Position numbers and translations under genes: made by a program
In this document: piece by piece, positions 1 to 9,900 of the stretch
Numbering within the stretch: the stretch's first letter is position 1
Layout: every line of letters starts with the position of its first letter
Virus record (IMG/VR): IMGVR_UViG_3300020045_001438
Span: 1 to 38,900 of that record
DNA length: 38,900 bases
Strand: one strand, 5' to 3'
DNA from: a virus
Lineage: Duplodnaviria; Caudoviricetes
Notes under the pieces: model-generated
Database searches by the model: none
Seen by the model: the letters and a program-made list of their open reading frames with translations, nothing else
What the model was told of the DNA's origin: nothing

Positions 1-114
1 TTATCTGGATCATCAGGGTATGCTGATCTAGCTGAAGCAGATTGTGCTCAAGCTGATAATGATGCATACACATACTCCTTTTTAATAGATTTAACTGGAA
101 ATGGTTATATATGA
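1..114 (+). CDS. 3' end of a virion-region protein (partial, runs off the window)
   Basis: Frame 1 is open from base 1 (LSGSSGYADLAEADCAQADND...GNGYI*). Its TGA overlaps the ATG at 111 (ATGA coupling). Confidence 0.7.
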   Translation, partial: LSGSSGYADLAEADCAQADNDAYTYSFLIDLTGNGYI

Positions 115-803
115 CAACAATCAATCAACTCACTAGAGATCAAATTATTACTGCCGCTATTGGTCAACTTGGTGTGTTGGCTATTGGTCAAACTCCAGAT
201 GCAGAGGATATTACAAAAGCAGCTTTATTTTTAAATACACTTTTATCTGAGCTTAGAGCTTTGGGAATGCCTTTATGGGCTAGAAAAGAATATTCCTTTT
301 CTCCTGTAGTTGGAACTAATACATACGAAATTGGTGTTAGTAAAACACTAGACACCCCATACCCATTAAAGATGTTACAAGCATATATTAATGTACCAAG
401 TTCTAGTAATGTAAAAGTTCAGATGGATATTATTTCTGATTATAATTTTAATTATTTACCTTCTAATTCAAATAACACTGGTAGTCCAATTAATTTAACA
501 TATCAGCCTTTAGTTAATTATGGTAAGATTAAAATTTGGCCCACACCAGATAGTTCCAATTCTACTATTTCTATTATTTATCAAAGACCGTTTGAATATT
601 TTACAAATGGTACAGATGTGTTAGATATGCCAGAGGAATGGTATAACACTGTAATCTATAAGCTTGCTGTTTTGCTAGCCCCTGCTTGGGGTATTCCACT
701 GCAAGCGAGACAACAGCTTAGAGCAGAAGCAAAAGAAATGCTGGATAGTGTTCTTAGCATGGGCGGTGAAGATGCTTCTATTTACTTTATGCCGGAAAGA
801 TAA
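111..803 (+). CDS. Head-tail adaptor / tail tubular protein A-like
   Basis: 230 aa with N-terminal 'IITAAIGQLGVLAIGQTP..EDI..A..FLN' helix pair, 'IWPTPD' and 'DMPEEWY..VIYKLAV.LAP.WG'. This pattern is typical of podovirus adaptors. It lies directly before a nozzle-like gene. Confidence 0.7.
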   Translation: MTTINQLTRDQIITAAIGQLGVLAIGQTPDAEDITKAALFLNTLLSELRALGMPLWARKEYSFSPVVGTNTYEIGVSKTLDTPYPLKMLQAYINVPSSSNVKVQMDIISDYNFNYLPSNSNNTGSPINLTYQPLVNYGKIKIWPTPDSSNSTISIIYQRPFEYFTNGTDVLDMPEEWYNTVIYKLAVLLAPAWGIPLQARQQLRAEAKEMLDSVLSMGGEDASIYFMPER

Positions 804-2263
804 TGCCATATACTCCCGCACCAATGAACGACACTTATGGTGTTGAAAAACTTTCCTTATTAAAGGAGATTAATACTCGTCCCAATACTTTTGTAAGTAA
901 AGATGAGGATTATCTCAATTGTTATTTTGATACTATTAGAGATAAGCAAATTGAAGATAAAAGAAACCTTTTAATTAAACGTCCCGGTAGTTCTGTTTTA
1001 AAGCCAGCTATAGATTCTAATGCTGTTCGAGGTATTTTCTTTTGGAAAGATTATAACTACATTGTTTACAGTATTGATAATGATGTATATTTTTATAACT
1101 TAGTCACTACTACCACCACTACAGTAAATAATGTATTTACTTCTACATCAGGTGAAGTGGGGTTTACAGAATATTTATACGACAGTGTGTCTCCTCCTGC
1201 TGTTTTAGTAGCAACAGATGGCACAAAACTTGTGACAATTAACACAAGTTTCACTGTCACTGCTTGTACTGATCCAGATTTACCAACACCGCATTTACCC
1301 AATCCAGTGTTTCTTGATGGGTTTTTAGTGTTGGTAAAAACCAACACAGCAGAGATTTACAATAGCGAACTAAACGACCCCTTGACATGGGACCCATCTT
1401 ATGTTATAGTATCTGAAATTGAAGGAGACTATGTTCGTCGTATTGAAAAATCAAACAACTACCTTGTCTCATTTGGCACAAGCACTATTGAGTTTTTTTG
1501 GGATGCTGGCATTGAAACAGGAAGTCCATTCCAACGAAATGATACTTTTGTAAAAAACATTGGGTATGTTGGCGGTGCTTCTAAAATTAGTAATGTAATA
1601 TATTTTATTGGAACAGCAAACTCACAGCCCGCTGTATATAAACTAGAAGATTTAAAAGCAACAAAAGTATCTACTTCTGTAGTAGAAAAATATCTATCTA
1701 CATTAGATGTTTCTAATGTAAGGGGTAATATTGTAAGTGTCCAAGGTAAAGATTTTTATGTAGTACACATTGGTACATATACCTATGTATTAGATATTGA
1801 TTTAAAAGTATGGATTAGATGGTCTTGGAAAACTGAAACTAATTTTCCATTACAATATTGTTTAAATACAGAAACAGATATTTATAGAAGTGTGTTTTGT
1901 TTACCTTTAGAAGGATCAACATTATATATATTTGATAGTGCTTTAGGTACTGATGATAATGTAGATATTAATATGTCTTTTACAACTGATGCTTTTTCTT
2001 TTAATACTATGAGAAGAAAAGTAATGCATAAATTTGCTATTGTTTGTGACAGACCAGTTTCTTCTACATTAGTTAATATTTCTTGGTCTGATGATGATTA
2101 TAAACATTTTAATACACCAAGAAAAGTAGAATTAGATCAAGATATTCCTTCTATCTGGAGACTTGGTTCTTTTAGACAACGTATTTTTAAATTTCAATAT
2201 ACTGGTCCTTCATTGATTCGTTTACAAGAATTTGAGGTTGAGTATGATAAAGGAGTTACTTAA
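803..2263 (+). CDS. Packaged-DNA stabilisation / tail nozzle protein (P22 gp10-like beta-propeller)
   Basis: 486 aa, beta-rich, with 'LIKRPG', 'FLDGFLV', 'FGTSTIEFF.DAG..SPFQR' and C-terminal 'ISWSDDD...F...W RLGSFRQRIFKF'. TAATG-coupled to both neighbours. Confidence 0.75.
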   Translation: MPYTPAPMNDTYGVEKLSLLKEINTRPNTFVSKDEDYLNCYFDTIRDKQIEDKRNLLIKRPGSSVLKPAIDSNAVRGIFFWKDYNYIVYSIDNDVYFYNLVTTTTTTVNNVFTSTSGEVGFTEYLYDSVSPPAVLVATDGTKLVTINTSFTVTACTDPDLPTPHLPNPVFLDGFLVLVKTNTAEIYNSELNDPLTWDPSYVIVSEIEGDYVRRIEKSNNYLVSFGTSTIEFFWDAGIETGSPFQRNDTFVKNIGYVGGASKISNVIYFIGTANSQPAVYKLEDLKATKVSTSVVEKYLSTLDVSNVRGNIVSVQGKDFYVVHIGTYTYVLDIDLKVWIRWSWKTETNFPLQYCLNTETDIYRSVFCLPLEGSTLYIFDSALGTDDNVDINMSFTTDAFSFNTMRRKVMHKFAIVCDRPVSSTLVNISWSDDDYKHFNTPRKVELDQDIPSIWRLGSFRQRIFKFQYTGPSLIRLQEFEVEYDKGVT

Positions 2264-3843
2264 TGGCTAGTACAACATTCACACCCGGTTCAGTGGTGCG
2301 TAGCACATGGTTAAATGATGTTAATGGTGCTACATATCTTGGTACAGGGGTGTTCACACCAGATGGTGTTGGTGCAGTTGCTAGAACAATGCAAGCTAAA
2401 TTAAGAGAACGTAAAAGTATTTCTGATTTTCCAGACTTAGCAACAGCATTTTCAGCTTTAGGTGGTGCAGAAGGAACTGGGTATAACACTCCCACAGTTG
2501 TTCTAGACCTATTAAACACAACAGTTGTATTGGCAAATAGAACTTATGTCCCTACTAATATTATTTTAGTAAACGGTACTATTACCTCTACAACACACTC
2601 ATTAGTATTTAGAAATCCTTACCTTGCTAATACAGGTCTTAGAGGATATACTGAATACTGGGCATATATGACTGGTGGAGCAGAACTAGTTACTTTTAAT
2701 TGTAGAACAATTATTAACGACTACATTGGTGCTGCTTTTGATTTCTGTACTTTTACTGGTCAGTATGGAGCTTTGGTTTTTGTAAACTCAAACTCTTTGT
2801 GGACAGAGTACAACACATTTAATCGGTGTACTTTTAGCAGCAATGCGACAGATAGTTGTGCTGTTTTATTTGATGGTAATGCTTCTGGAACTTCTACATA
2901 CTCTACAGGAACTGGAAGTGGCACTGATTCTTTTGGCTACACCAACTTTGTTGCTTGTAAACTAGATGCTGCTGCCTCTTATTCAGGTATTAAAATTGTA
3001 GACGGCGGTTTACCTTATAATGGTACATATGATTTTAGAGGATATATAAGAGGCAACACTGGTGCGTTTTTATATGTTTCAAATGGTGGGTTTAATTACA
3101 ATAGAATTAACTTTCATGTCGAAACTTTTGGTGCTGCTGGAAACCTTGTTCAAGTAGAAGCTAGTCAGCAGTTCAAATTCAACACGGGTGCTATACACTC
3201 AGCCTCACCACAAGCTACCTTTACTCATGCTACTAATGCTGATGTGGCTGGTAATATGGTTAGTGTTATTGGTAGTGTTTTGCAAGATTCTGCTGGAGCA
3301 GGGTTCTTTTTAGGCGATCAAATTCCTTCATGGATTACAACTCACCTGCTAAAACGCATTCCAATTAGTGGGTATCCAATCCCAACTGTCGCTGCTACAA
3401 ATGCTGGTATTCCTACTTTTTCTGTATATCTTTCTACAACCAACCAAACAATTACCAGTAATGTAACCACTAAGCTTACATTAAATGGTGAAAACTTTGA
3501 CACACACGGTTATTTTGATAGCACAACCAACTATAGATTTACTCCTAAAATTTCAGGGTATTATCAACTAAATGCAGCAACAAGACTAACTACTACCTCT
3601 GCTAGAGGGTGTACTCTTAGTGTGTATAAAAATGGCTCTCTACTAGTGTCAGCTTCTGGTAATGATGGAAGTGGCGCTGCAACTCCGGTTGTAGGAGCCT
3701 CAATTGGTACAGTTGTGTATTTAAATGGAACTACTGATTACATTGAAATGTATATTTATTGTTTTGATAATTCTGGCGCTCCAGTGGTTCAAGCAGGCGC
3801 CGCTGCCACATGGCTAAATGGTATTCTTGTAAGTAGAGTATAA
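2263..3843 (+). CDS. Tail spike/fibre with beta-helix-like middle and C-terminal C1q-like domain
   Basis: N-terminal anchor 'TTFTPGSVVRSTWLNDVN' and 'GAVARTMQAKLRERKSISDF'. C-terminal 'FDTHGYFD.TTNYRFTPKISGYYQ..YKNG..VYLNGTTDYIE' fits the C1q/TNF-like pattern. Confidence 0.75.
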   Translation: MASTTFTPGSVVRSTWLNDVNGATYLGTGVFTPDGVGAVARTMQAKLRERKSISDFPDLATAFSALGGAEGTGYNTPTVVLDLLNTTVVLANRTYVPTNIILVNGTITSTTHSLVFRNPYLANTGLRGYTEYWAYMTGGAELVTFNCRTIINDYIGAAFDFCTFTGQYGALVFVNSNSLWTEYNTFNRCTFSSNATDSCAVLFDGNASGTSTYSTGTGSGTDSFGYTNFVACKLDAAASYSGIKIVDGGLPYNGTYDFRGYIRGNTGAFLYVSNGGFNYNRINFHVETFGAAGNLVQVEASQQFKFNTGAIHSASPQATFTHATNADVAGNMVSVIGSVLQDSAGAGFFLGDQIPSWITTHLLKRIPISGYPIPTVAATNAGIPTFSVYLSTTNQTITSNVTTKLTLNGENFDTHGYFDSTTNYRFTPKISGYYQLNAATRLTTTSARGCTLSVYKNGSLLVSASGNDGSGAATPVVGASIGTVVYLNGTTDYIEMYIYCFDNSGAPVVQAGAAATWLNGILVSRV

Positions 3844-5024
3844 TGGCTTTTAAACTTCCCCCAAGCCCGGTAGGACAACCTCCGGGCAATTCCTTTTGGA
3901 ACGATTGGTATGAAAAACTTAGAACCCTTGTCAATGGTTCACAAGAAGCTGTTTCTGTAGTACAGGCTCAAGTAGATGCCATTAAAGCTACAGATGTAAT
4001 TACTGCTAGCACCTCGTCAGCATTCTCTAATGAACGGGTTTTAACCGCAGGTACAAATGTAACCCTAGACTTAGCTACCCCCGGTCAACTTATTGTTAAT
4101 TCAGCAGCGGGACTCACACCAATTACTTCTCCTTCTGTATTAGCAAACGTCAGTGGATCAAGTGCTGTTCCAACTAGTACAACAGTTACCCAACTTTTAG
4201 ATTCAGTTTTTGGAACAACTCCGGGTAAATTCATTTATCGAGATGCTACAAATTGGGCAAGTTTAAATCCCGGAAGCACTGGACAAGTGTTGGCTCTATC
4301 TGGAGCAGTTCCATATTGGGGCACACTAGCTCCAGCCGGTGGTAGTGCTAACATAACAGCAGACATACACCCAGTTGTGGCAAATCCTGCTGACGATGAG
4401 TTTGAAACTGGTGCAACAATTGACACAGCAGGAACTAGATTTGCTGGCGCTACAGCATGGTCTTGGGTTAACCAAGGAACAGCTAGTACGGCGTTAGCAA
4501 ATGGCAGTTTAGTTTTATCTGCACCAGCAGCAACATCTGCAAATGCTAGACAAATTTTACAACCAGTTTCAGGAACGGCTTGGAAATATAGAGTTGCTTT
4601 ATTAAACCAAGCTTCTGTTGGTGGAACTACTAATACGTTTCAAGCAGGTATTCTTGTACGGAACTCAGCTAATGGTAGAATGTTAACCTATGGAAGAGGG
4701 TATTTTACATCTATTTTTAGAATTTTAGTACAAAGATGGGCAAGCTCTACATCAGTAAACACAACACTTATTTCTGGTGATATTTTTGGTGGTACAAATG
4801 CTTACCGATCTGTACAGGTAGTTGCTTATTTAGAAATTGAGCTTGCTGCTGGCGTGCTTTCTCTACGGTTTAGTGACCATGGAATTAATGGAACATACTT
4901 ACCACTCACTACTGAAACTGTTGCAACCTATCTAGGAGCAGTGGATCAAATTGGTTTATATGTGGACACAACAAACAACTTACCAACTATCGGAGTCTTT
5001 GACTGGTTCCGTAGAGTAGCGTAA
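3843..5024 (+). CDS. Second tail fibre / receptor-binding protein
   Basis: 393 aa rich in T/S/G/A. Fibre motifs 'NERVLTAGTNVTL' and 'IYRDATNWASL.PGSTGQVL..SG..P.W'. C-terminal beta-sandwich starts 'ADDEFE' and ends 'FDWFRR'. Confidence 0.65.
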   Translation: MAFKLPPSPVGQPPGNSFWNDWYEKLRTLVNGSQEAVSVVQAQVDAIKATDVITASTSSAFSNERVLTAGTNVTLDLATPGQLIVNSAAGLTPITSPSVLANVSGSSAVPTSTTVTQLLDSVFGTTPGKFIYRDATNWASLNPGSTGQVLALSGAVPYWGTLAPAGGSANITADIHPVVANPADDEFETGATIDTAGTRFAGATAWSWVNQGTASTALANGSLVLSAPAATSANARQILQPVSGTAWKYRVALLNQASVGGTTNTFQAGILVRNSANGRMLTYGRGYFTSIFRILVQRWASSTSVNTTLISGDIFGGTNAYRSVQVVAYLEIELAAGVLSLRFSDHGINGTYLPLTTETVATYLGAVDQIGLYVDTTNNLPTIGVFDWFRRVA

Positions 5025-5035
5025 AGGAATATATT

Positions 5036-6109
5036 ATGGAAATGATTGCACCAAACAACAGTTTATTTGGAACTGAGGTTTACACCCCATTTGGAACATC
5101 ACTACAAACTAGTACATCAGATGGCTTCTCCCTAGATGGTCTGTATGGTAGTGGGGACTACTCATTTGACTCTGGCTATGGGGACATGCCAGCATATGAT
5201 TTCTCTTTCGGTCCTTCTAGTGGTGGTGATTTTAGTATGTCAGGTATGGGAGACTATGGCCTAGACTATGGCTCTGGTAGTATGTTTAACAATGACTATT
5301 CTGGAGACAGCAGCGCTTTAGCTGCCTACAATCCAGACATGACAGGGTTTGATCCAACAGGAAACGACTCGCTGTATGACAGGCTTCGTGGTTTGGCCTA
5401 TGACACAAACAAATCACTATCCACACCAGCCGGACAAACTGCCGGTCTACTCTCACAATTTACTCCTGCTGGTCAAGCAGTTGGTTTAGCTAAGACAGGT
5501 TTAAACGCGTTTCTAGACCCCGGAGACACAGCCCTTAGGGTGGGTGGCAACATTGCTCAAACAGCGCTTCTAGGCCCCATTGGTGGCCTTGCAAGTATGA
5601 TGGGAGTGAACCTTCCTTATATGGCCTACAATGCCCTCTCCAATTCTTCATCTGGTCCAACCAACCAAAGCCAACCAAATGTGTCTTTTGCAGATACAGC
5701 CGCTGGCTTAGGTGGTATGTACTCTCTCTACCAAGGTGGTAAAGCTGCTGGAGCACAAGCCAACTCCTTGTCAAGTATGTACTCTAGTAATTCACCATAC
5801 GCTAAACAACTGGCACAGAGCCTTGCCCGTAAGGATGCTGCTGCTGGTAGGCGTAGTCAGTATGGTACTAGAGAGGTGGAACTACAGGCTAAACTAGCTG
5901 CTATGGCTAACCAAGTGGCCCCTAACATTAGAAATGCACAGCAAGACCAATATAAGCAATATGGTCAGCTAGCTTCCCTAGTTGGTGGTTTAGGTAAGAT
6001 TTGGAACCAACCAAGTACAACCACACCCACTGTACAAACCACACCATCTCTTGATTTAGGAAGTATTTGGAACAATGACAATTTTTCTACACCTAGCTTT
6101 TGGGATTAA
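5036..6109 (+). CDS. Probable internal virion (DNA ejection) protein
   Basis: RBS AAGGA before ATG. G/S/A-rich with glycine-zipper-like hydrophobic stretches and 'LARKDAAAGRRSQYG.REVELQAKLA'. First of three internal-protein-like genes. Confidence 0.55.
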   Translation: MEMIAPNNSLFGTEVYTPFGTSLQTSTSDGFSLDGLYGSGDYSFDSGYGDMPAYDFSFGPSSGGDFSMSGMGDYGLDYGSGSMFNNDYSGDSSALAAYNPDMTGFDPTGNDSLYDRLRGLAYDTNKSLSTPAGQTAGLLSQFTPAGQAVGLAKTGLNAFLDPGDTALRVGGNIAQTALLGPIGGLASMMGVNLPYMAYNALSNSSSGPTNQSQPNVSFADTAAGLGGMYSLYQGGKAAGAQANSLSSMYSSNSPYAKQLAQSLARKDAAAGRRSQYGTREVELQAKLAAMANQVAPNIRNAQQDQYKQYGQLASLVGGLGKIWNQPSTTTPTVQTTPSLDLGSIWNNDNFSTPSFWD

Positions 6110-6111
6110 TT

Positions 6112-6939
6112 ATGGCTGATTTAAGTACAATGTTTCCACAAAGCGATTTGCCCGGACTATCGGGCATTATGCAAGGTGAGCAGTTTAACATTGCTAAACG
6201 TAATGCACAACTCAACCAGCAAAATTATTTACAGGAGATGATGCAACAACAAGCATTAAATCCTTTAGCACTACAAGAAAAACAAGCTCAAATTGATTCT
6301 CATAGGGCCTCTGCTCGTAATACCAATGCTCTAGCTGCTGGTCATGAATACGACCAAAAAGAAAAGGAATGGTTACAGGAACCTGCAAGACAAGCTGCTC
6401 TTGCTGAATATGCTTCTAAGCATTCAAAGGCAGAACTAGACCTTGTACATTCTCGTGTTGAACGAGAGATGATGAGCCCCGATCCAAAGATTCGGGAAGG
6501 TGCTAGAAAGATGTATATGCTCACTGGCGAAATGGTCAAACTAGCAGAACAGAAACGACTAGAGCGTGAAAACTCTATGGCTGAGATTGGTGCTAGAGAA
6601 GAGGCTGCAAAAAGAACTAAGGCAGCCAATGAGGGCGACCAGAAGAGTAGGTATGAGAAGTTTCTAATGTCCACCAAGGGAGATGCAGCAAAATCATTAA
6701 ACATCTTGCTTCAGGGCGTAGAAATGTTTAAGAGCACTGATCCAGCTTATGCTGCTGAACTAGGTGCTAGAGCAGAACAAGCTAAACGTGTTGTTGAGGC
6801 TGACCCACGTAGAGCCGGTTCACCATGGACAGTTGATCCTGCCACTGGTAGGTATGTTCCCAACCCAACAGCCCTTCCCCCAGTTCCCGGCCCAACCCCA
6901 AATAATCAAGACCCTTACGCTAATTTTAGAATTAAATAA
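6112..6939 (+). CDS. Probable internal virion (ejection) protein, coiled-coil
   Basis: Q/E/A/K-rich helical protein with a Pro-rich tail. Start moved from the TTG at 6100 to the ATG at 6112, just after the upstream stop. Confidence 0.55.
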   Translation: MADLSTMFPQSDLPGLSGIMQGEQFNIAKRNAQLNQQNYLQEMMQQQALNPLALQEKQAQIDSHRASARNTNALAAGHEYDQKEKEWLQEPARQAALAEYASKHSKAELDLVHSRVEREMMSPDPKIREGARKMYMLTGEMVKLAEQKRLERENSMAEIGAREEAAKRTKAANEGDQKSRYEKFLMSTKGDAAKSLNILLQGVEMFKSTDPAYAAELGARAEQAKRVVEADPRRAGSPWTVDPATGRYVPNPTALPPVPGPTPNNQDPYANFRIK

Positions 6940-6941
6940 AT

Positions 6942-9900
6942 ATGCCATCATTTACCATTGTAGGCCCACAGGGCGAAGAGTATGAAATTGAAGCTCCAGA
7001 TGGGGCTACAAAGGAGCAGGCATTTGAGTTCTTTAAAAGAGAACACTCTGCTGGTAGAGCAAAACCTAAGAAGAGTGATGCTGAGAAATCTACTGAGCAG
7101 ATGGCTGGTATTGGCAGTAAGCTGCTAGGTGCTGGTGAAACAGCTCTATCTATCGGCACTGGTGGGCTTGCACAGCTTGCTGGTGGTTTAGCTGGTGCAG
7201 CCATCACACCTTTTGCTGGTGCTGATGCTGGTGCTAATGCTGTTAGAAATGTTTCACAATACGGTTATCAGCCTAGAACTGACAAAGGTAAGGAATACAC
7301 TGACACCATTGGTTCTCTTTTTGAAGCTGGTACACAAGGACTGGCTAAAACAGCACCAAACCTATTGGGGGCTGTCCCTTTAATTGGGGATAAAATTCTA
7401 GACAACTTAGACAAAGACCCTAATGCCAAGGAAACACTTTCTCGTGGCATGGCTGAGTTTGCCATGAACTACCTTCCTTTAGATGTAGCTGCTCGCGGGA
7501 TTGGTGTTCGTCCTAAGGGCAAGCCTCCTGTTGTAGAGGCCCCTAAAGGCCCATCCATTACAGAGAAAATGGATGCTGTTCAACAAGACAAACCAGTTGG
7601 ACAATATACACAGCAAGATGCTTTACCACTTGACAATAGTGTAGAAACTATTGCTGATATGCAGCGCTATGGTCAAAACCCCAATCAGCTTGATTTGTTT
7701 GGAGACAACTCTGGTGGACAAACCTCTAGCCTTGTTGCTCGTAGAGCTGAGGAAGCGAAACAAGCACGAATTCAACAAGCTTTACAAGAACGCCAGCTAG
7801 CTTTAGAACAAGATGTTACTCGTAAACAACAACTAGATTTTAATGCGGCTGAACGTGCTCGTATGGAGCAAGCTCCAATTCCCGGACTAGCTGAAAGTCG
7901 TACAAGAGTACAAGAAGCACAGAGAATTGAAGCTGAACAATCTGCTGCACAACTAGCTCAGTTGAATGAGCAGGGTCAACAAATGGGCCTCGATTTTAAT
8001 GACTTTGGTAATAACGATCCTATGGCTCGTATGCCAAACATGCGTGTTGATGAGAATGGCATTCCAATTAGAGCCGACTTATCTATGGAAGCACAAAACC
8101 TTCAGAACCCTCTACAAAGAAACCTATGGGGTGATGAGCTTCCTATTGAAACTGGTGATGGTGGTATTCCTCTAACACAAGCCATTGATAGTATGCCTGC
8201 CGGTGCTGCTAGAGAAGCTGGTTTAGCACAGCTACGTGGAGAGGTTCCCGGTAGCATGGAACTACCACGCAATCCAACTAGTGGCCTTGGTTCTCCTTCT
8301 CTTATTAAGGGAATGAGCAAGACTGAAAAAGGCGCTTTAGACCCCGAGGTGTTTTTACAGGGGTACAGAGCAGTTAATAGAGTTCTCTCAAACCTAACTA
8401 ATATGCCTTGGGTTAAAGAACGGTTTCCATCTGATAAGTATATGACTAATAAAGATGGTACACCAATGATTCTTCTTCATGGAACCAGACATGGTTTTAA
8501 TGATAGAGTAAGAACTAAGGGTGAAGGTATTCATGCTGGCTATGGTGCTGAAGCAGCCCACATGTTTACTAGTAATAGAAAAGCACAACAAAGAACTGTA
8601 GCTTTTCCTAGTAGACTTCAACACAACGATACATCAGCTATCTACCCAATGGCGGTAAGAAAAGGTATTTACCCATATATTGACAAGGATATTGGTGGCT
8701 GGAGTGCAGAAGATGTTTTAAATTCACACGGCGATCAGCCAAACCAAGTTGTAGTAGAGGCCATTGCTAAAGAGACAGGAATGAGTCCAATTACTGTTGA
8801 CAGTATTATGGATGATTTTTATCGCTCACTTAAAGACGAGGGTTTAGATACTGCTGGTTGGAATAAAGAGTTTTCTGACTTTTTAGAAAGACGCTTTAGT
8901 ATTCGTGGGTTCTTTTATAAGAATACCTTTGAAAGCACTAAAGGTATGTTATCCACCCATGCAGGAGAGTTTCCAACTCCTAAAAGAGCAAGAAACCTAG
9001 CTGATACTCTAGACCATAATAAGTCTTTTGTAACATGGGATAATGCCAACTTAGAAAGTTTATATGGTGACACTCCTATTCCAAAGGATAATAAACCAGC
9101 TAGCTGGATGAGTGGTTTGGGAAACAAGCAAGGCGGTGCTTTAGACTTTAAAGCTATCTTTGAAACCTTCTCACCATCTAAAACTGTAACCGACAATCCT
9201 CTTCCTAGAGAGGACAGCGTAGCCACGCCCATTAGTGCTGAGAACATTGCTAAGAGAAAGCTGCTTTCTGATAAGGCCAATGCTCTAAAGATTCAGAATC
9301 AATATAGCCGTGTTACCACTATGGAAGAAGCTTTGGCGCTAATGGACCCCAAGACAGATATGTGGAAGGCTGGTGCAACTAACCTACGCTCAGGTTTAGG
9401 TGCTGCCACTAGAACTAATGTGAAAAATAGTGTTCTAAATTATCTTAGAAATCTGACACAAACTGGCAGAAACACTATTGAGAAGGACATTAAGAACTAC
9501 ATCACTGACAACAAGACAGGGTATGTTGCTGCTCTAAAGAAACTTTCTCAGAAAGAGAAGAATGATGTAGCAGAACTATTAATGGGCCTTAGTAAGCGTA
9601 AGCTTGAGCCCTCTGAAACTTGGTATAATGATGTTGGTTTAAATGACAATCAGAAGGCTGTAGCACGTTTACATGCAGAGATGATGGAAGCTGTCTACAA
9701 TCGCCATTTAGAGGCTTCTAGAGCCATTGGTGTTACTCCCGGTGAATACCGTCAGGGCTATTCTCCAAACCGCTTTAGCGGGGCATACGCTTCGTTTGTG
9801 GGCCACACTGCTTCTGATGGTACATTCGTTGTGACAGGCATTGCCGAAGGAGACACCAAATGGCAACACAAAGCGGCTGTTGAGAAGTATAAGGAAATGG

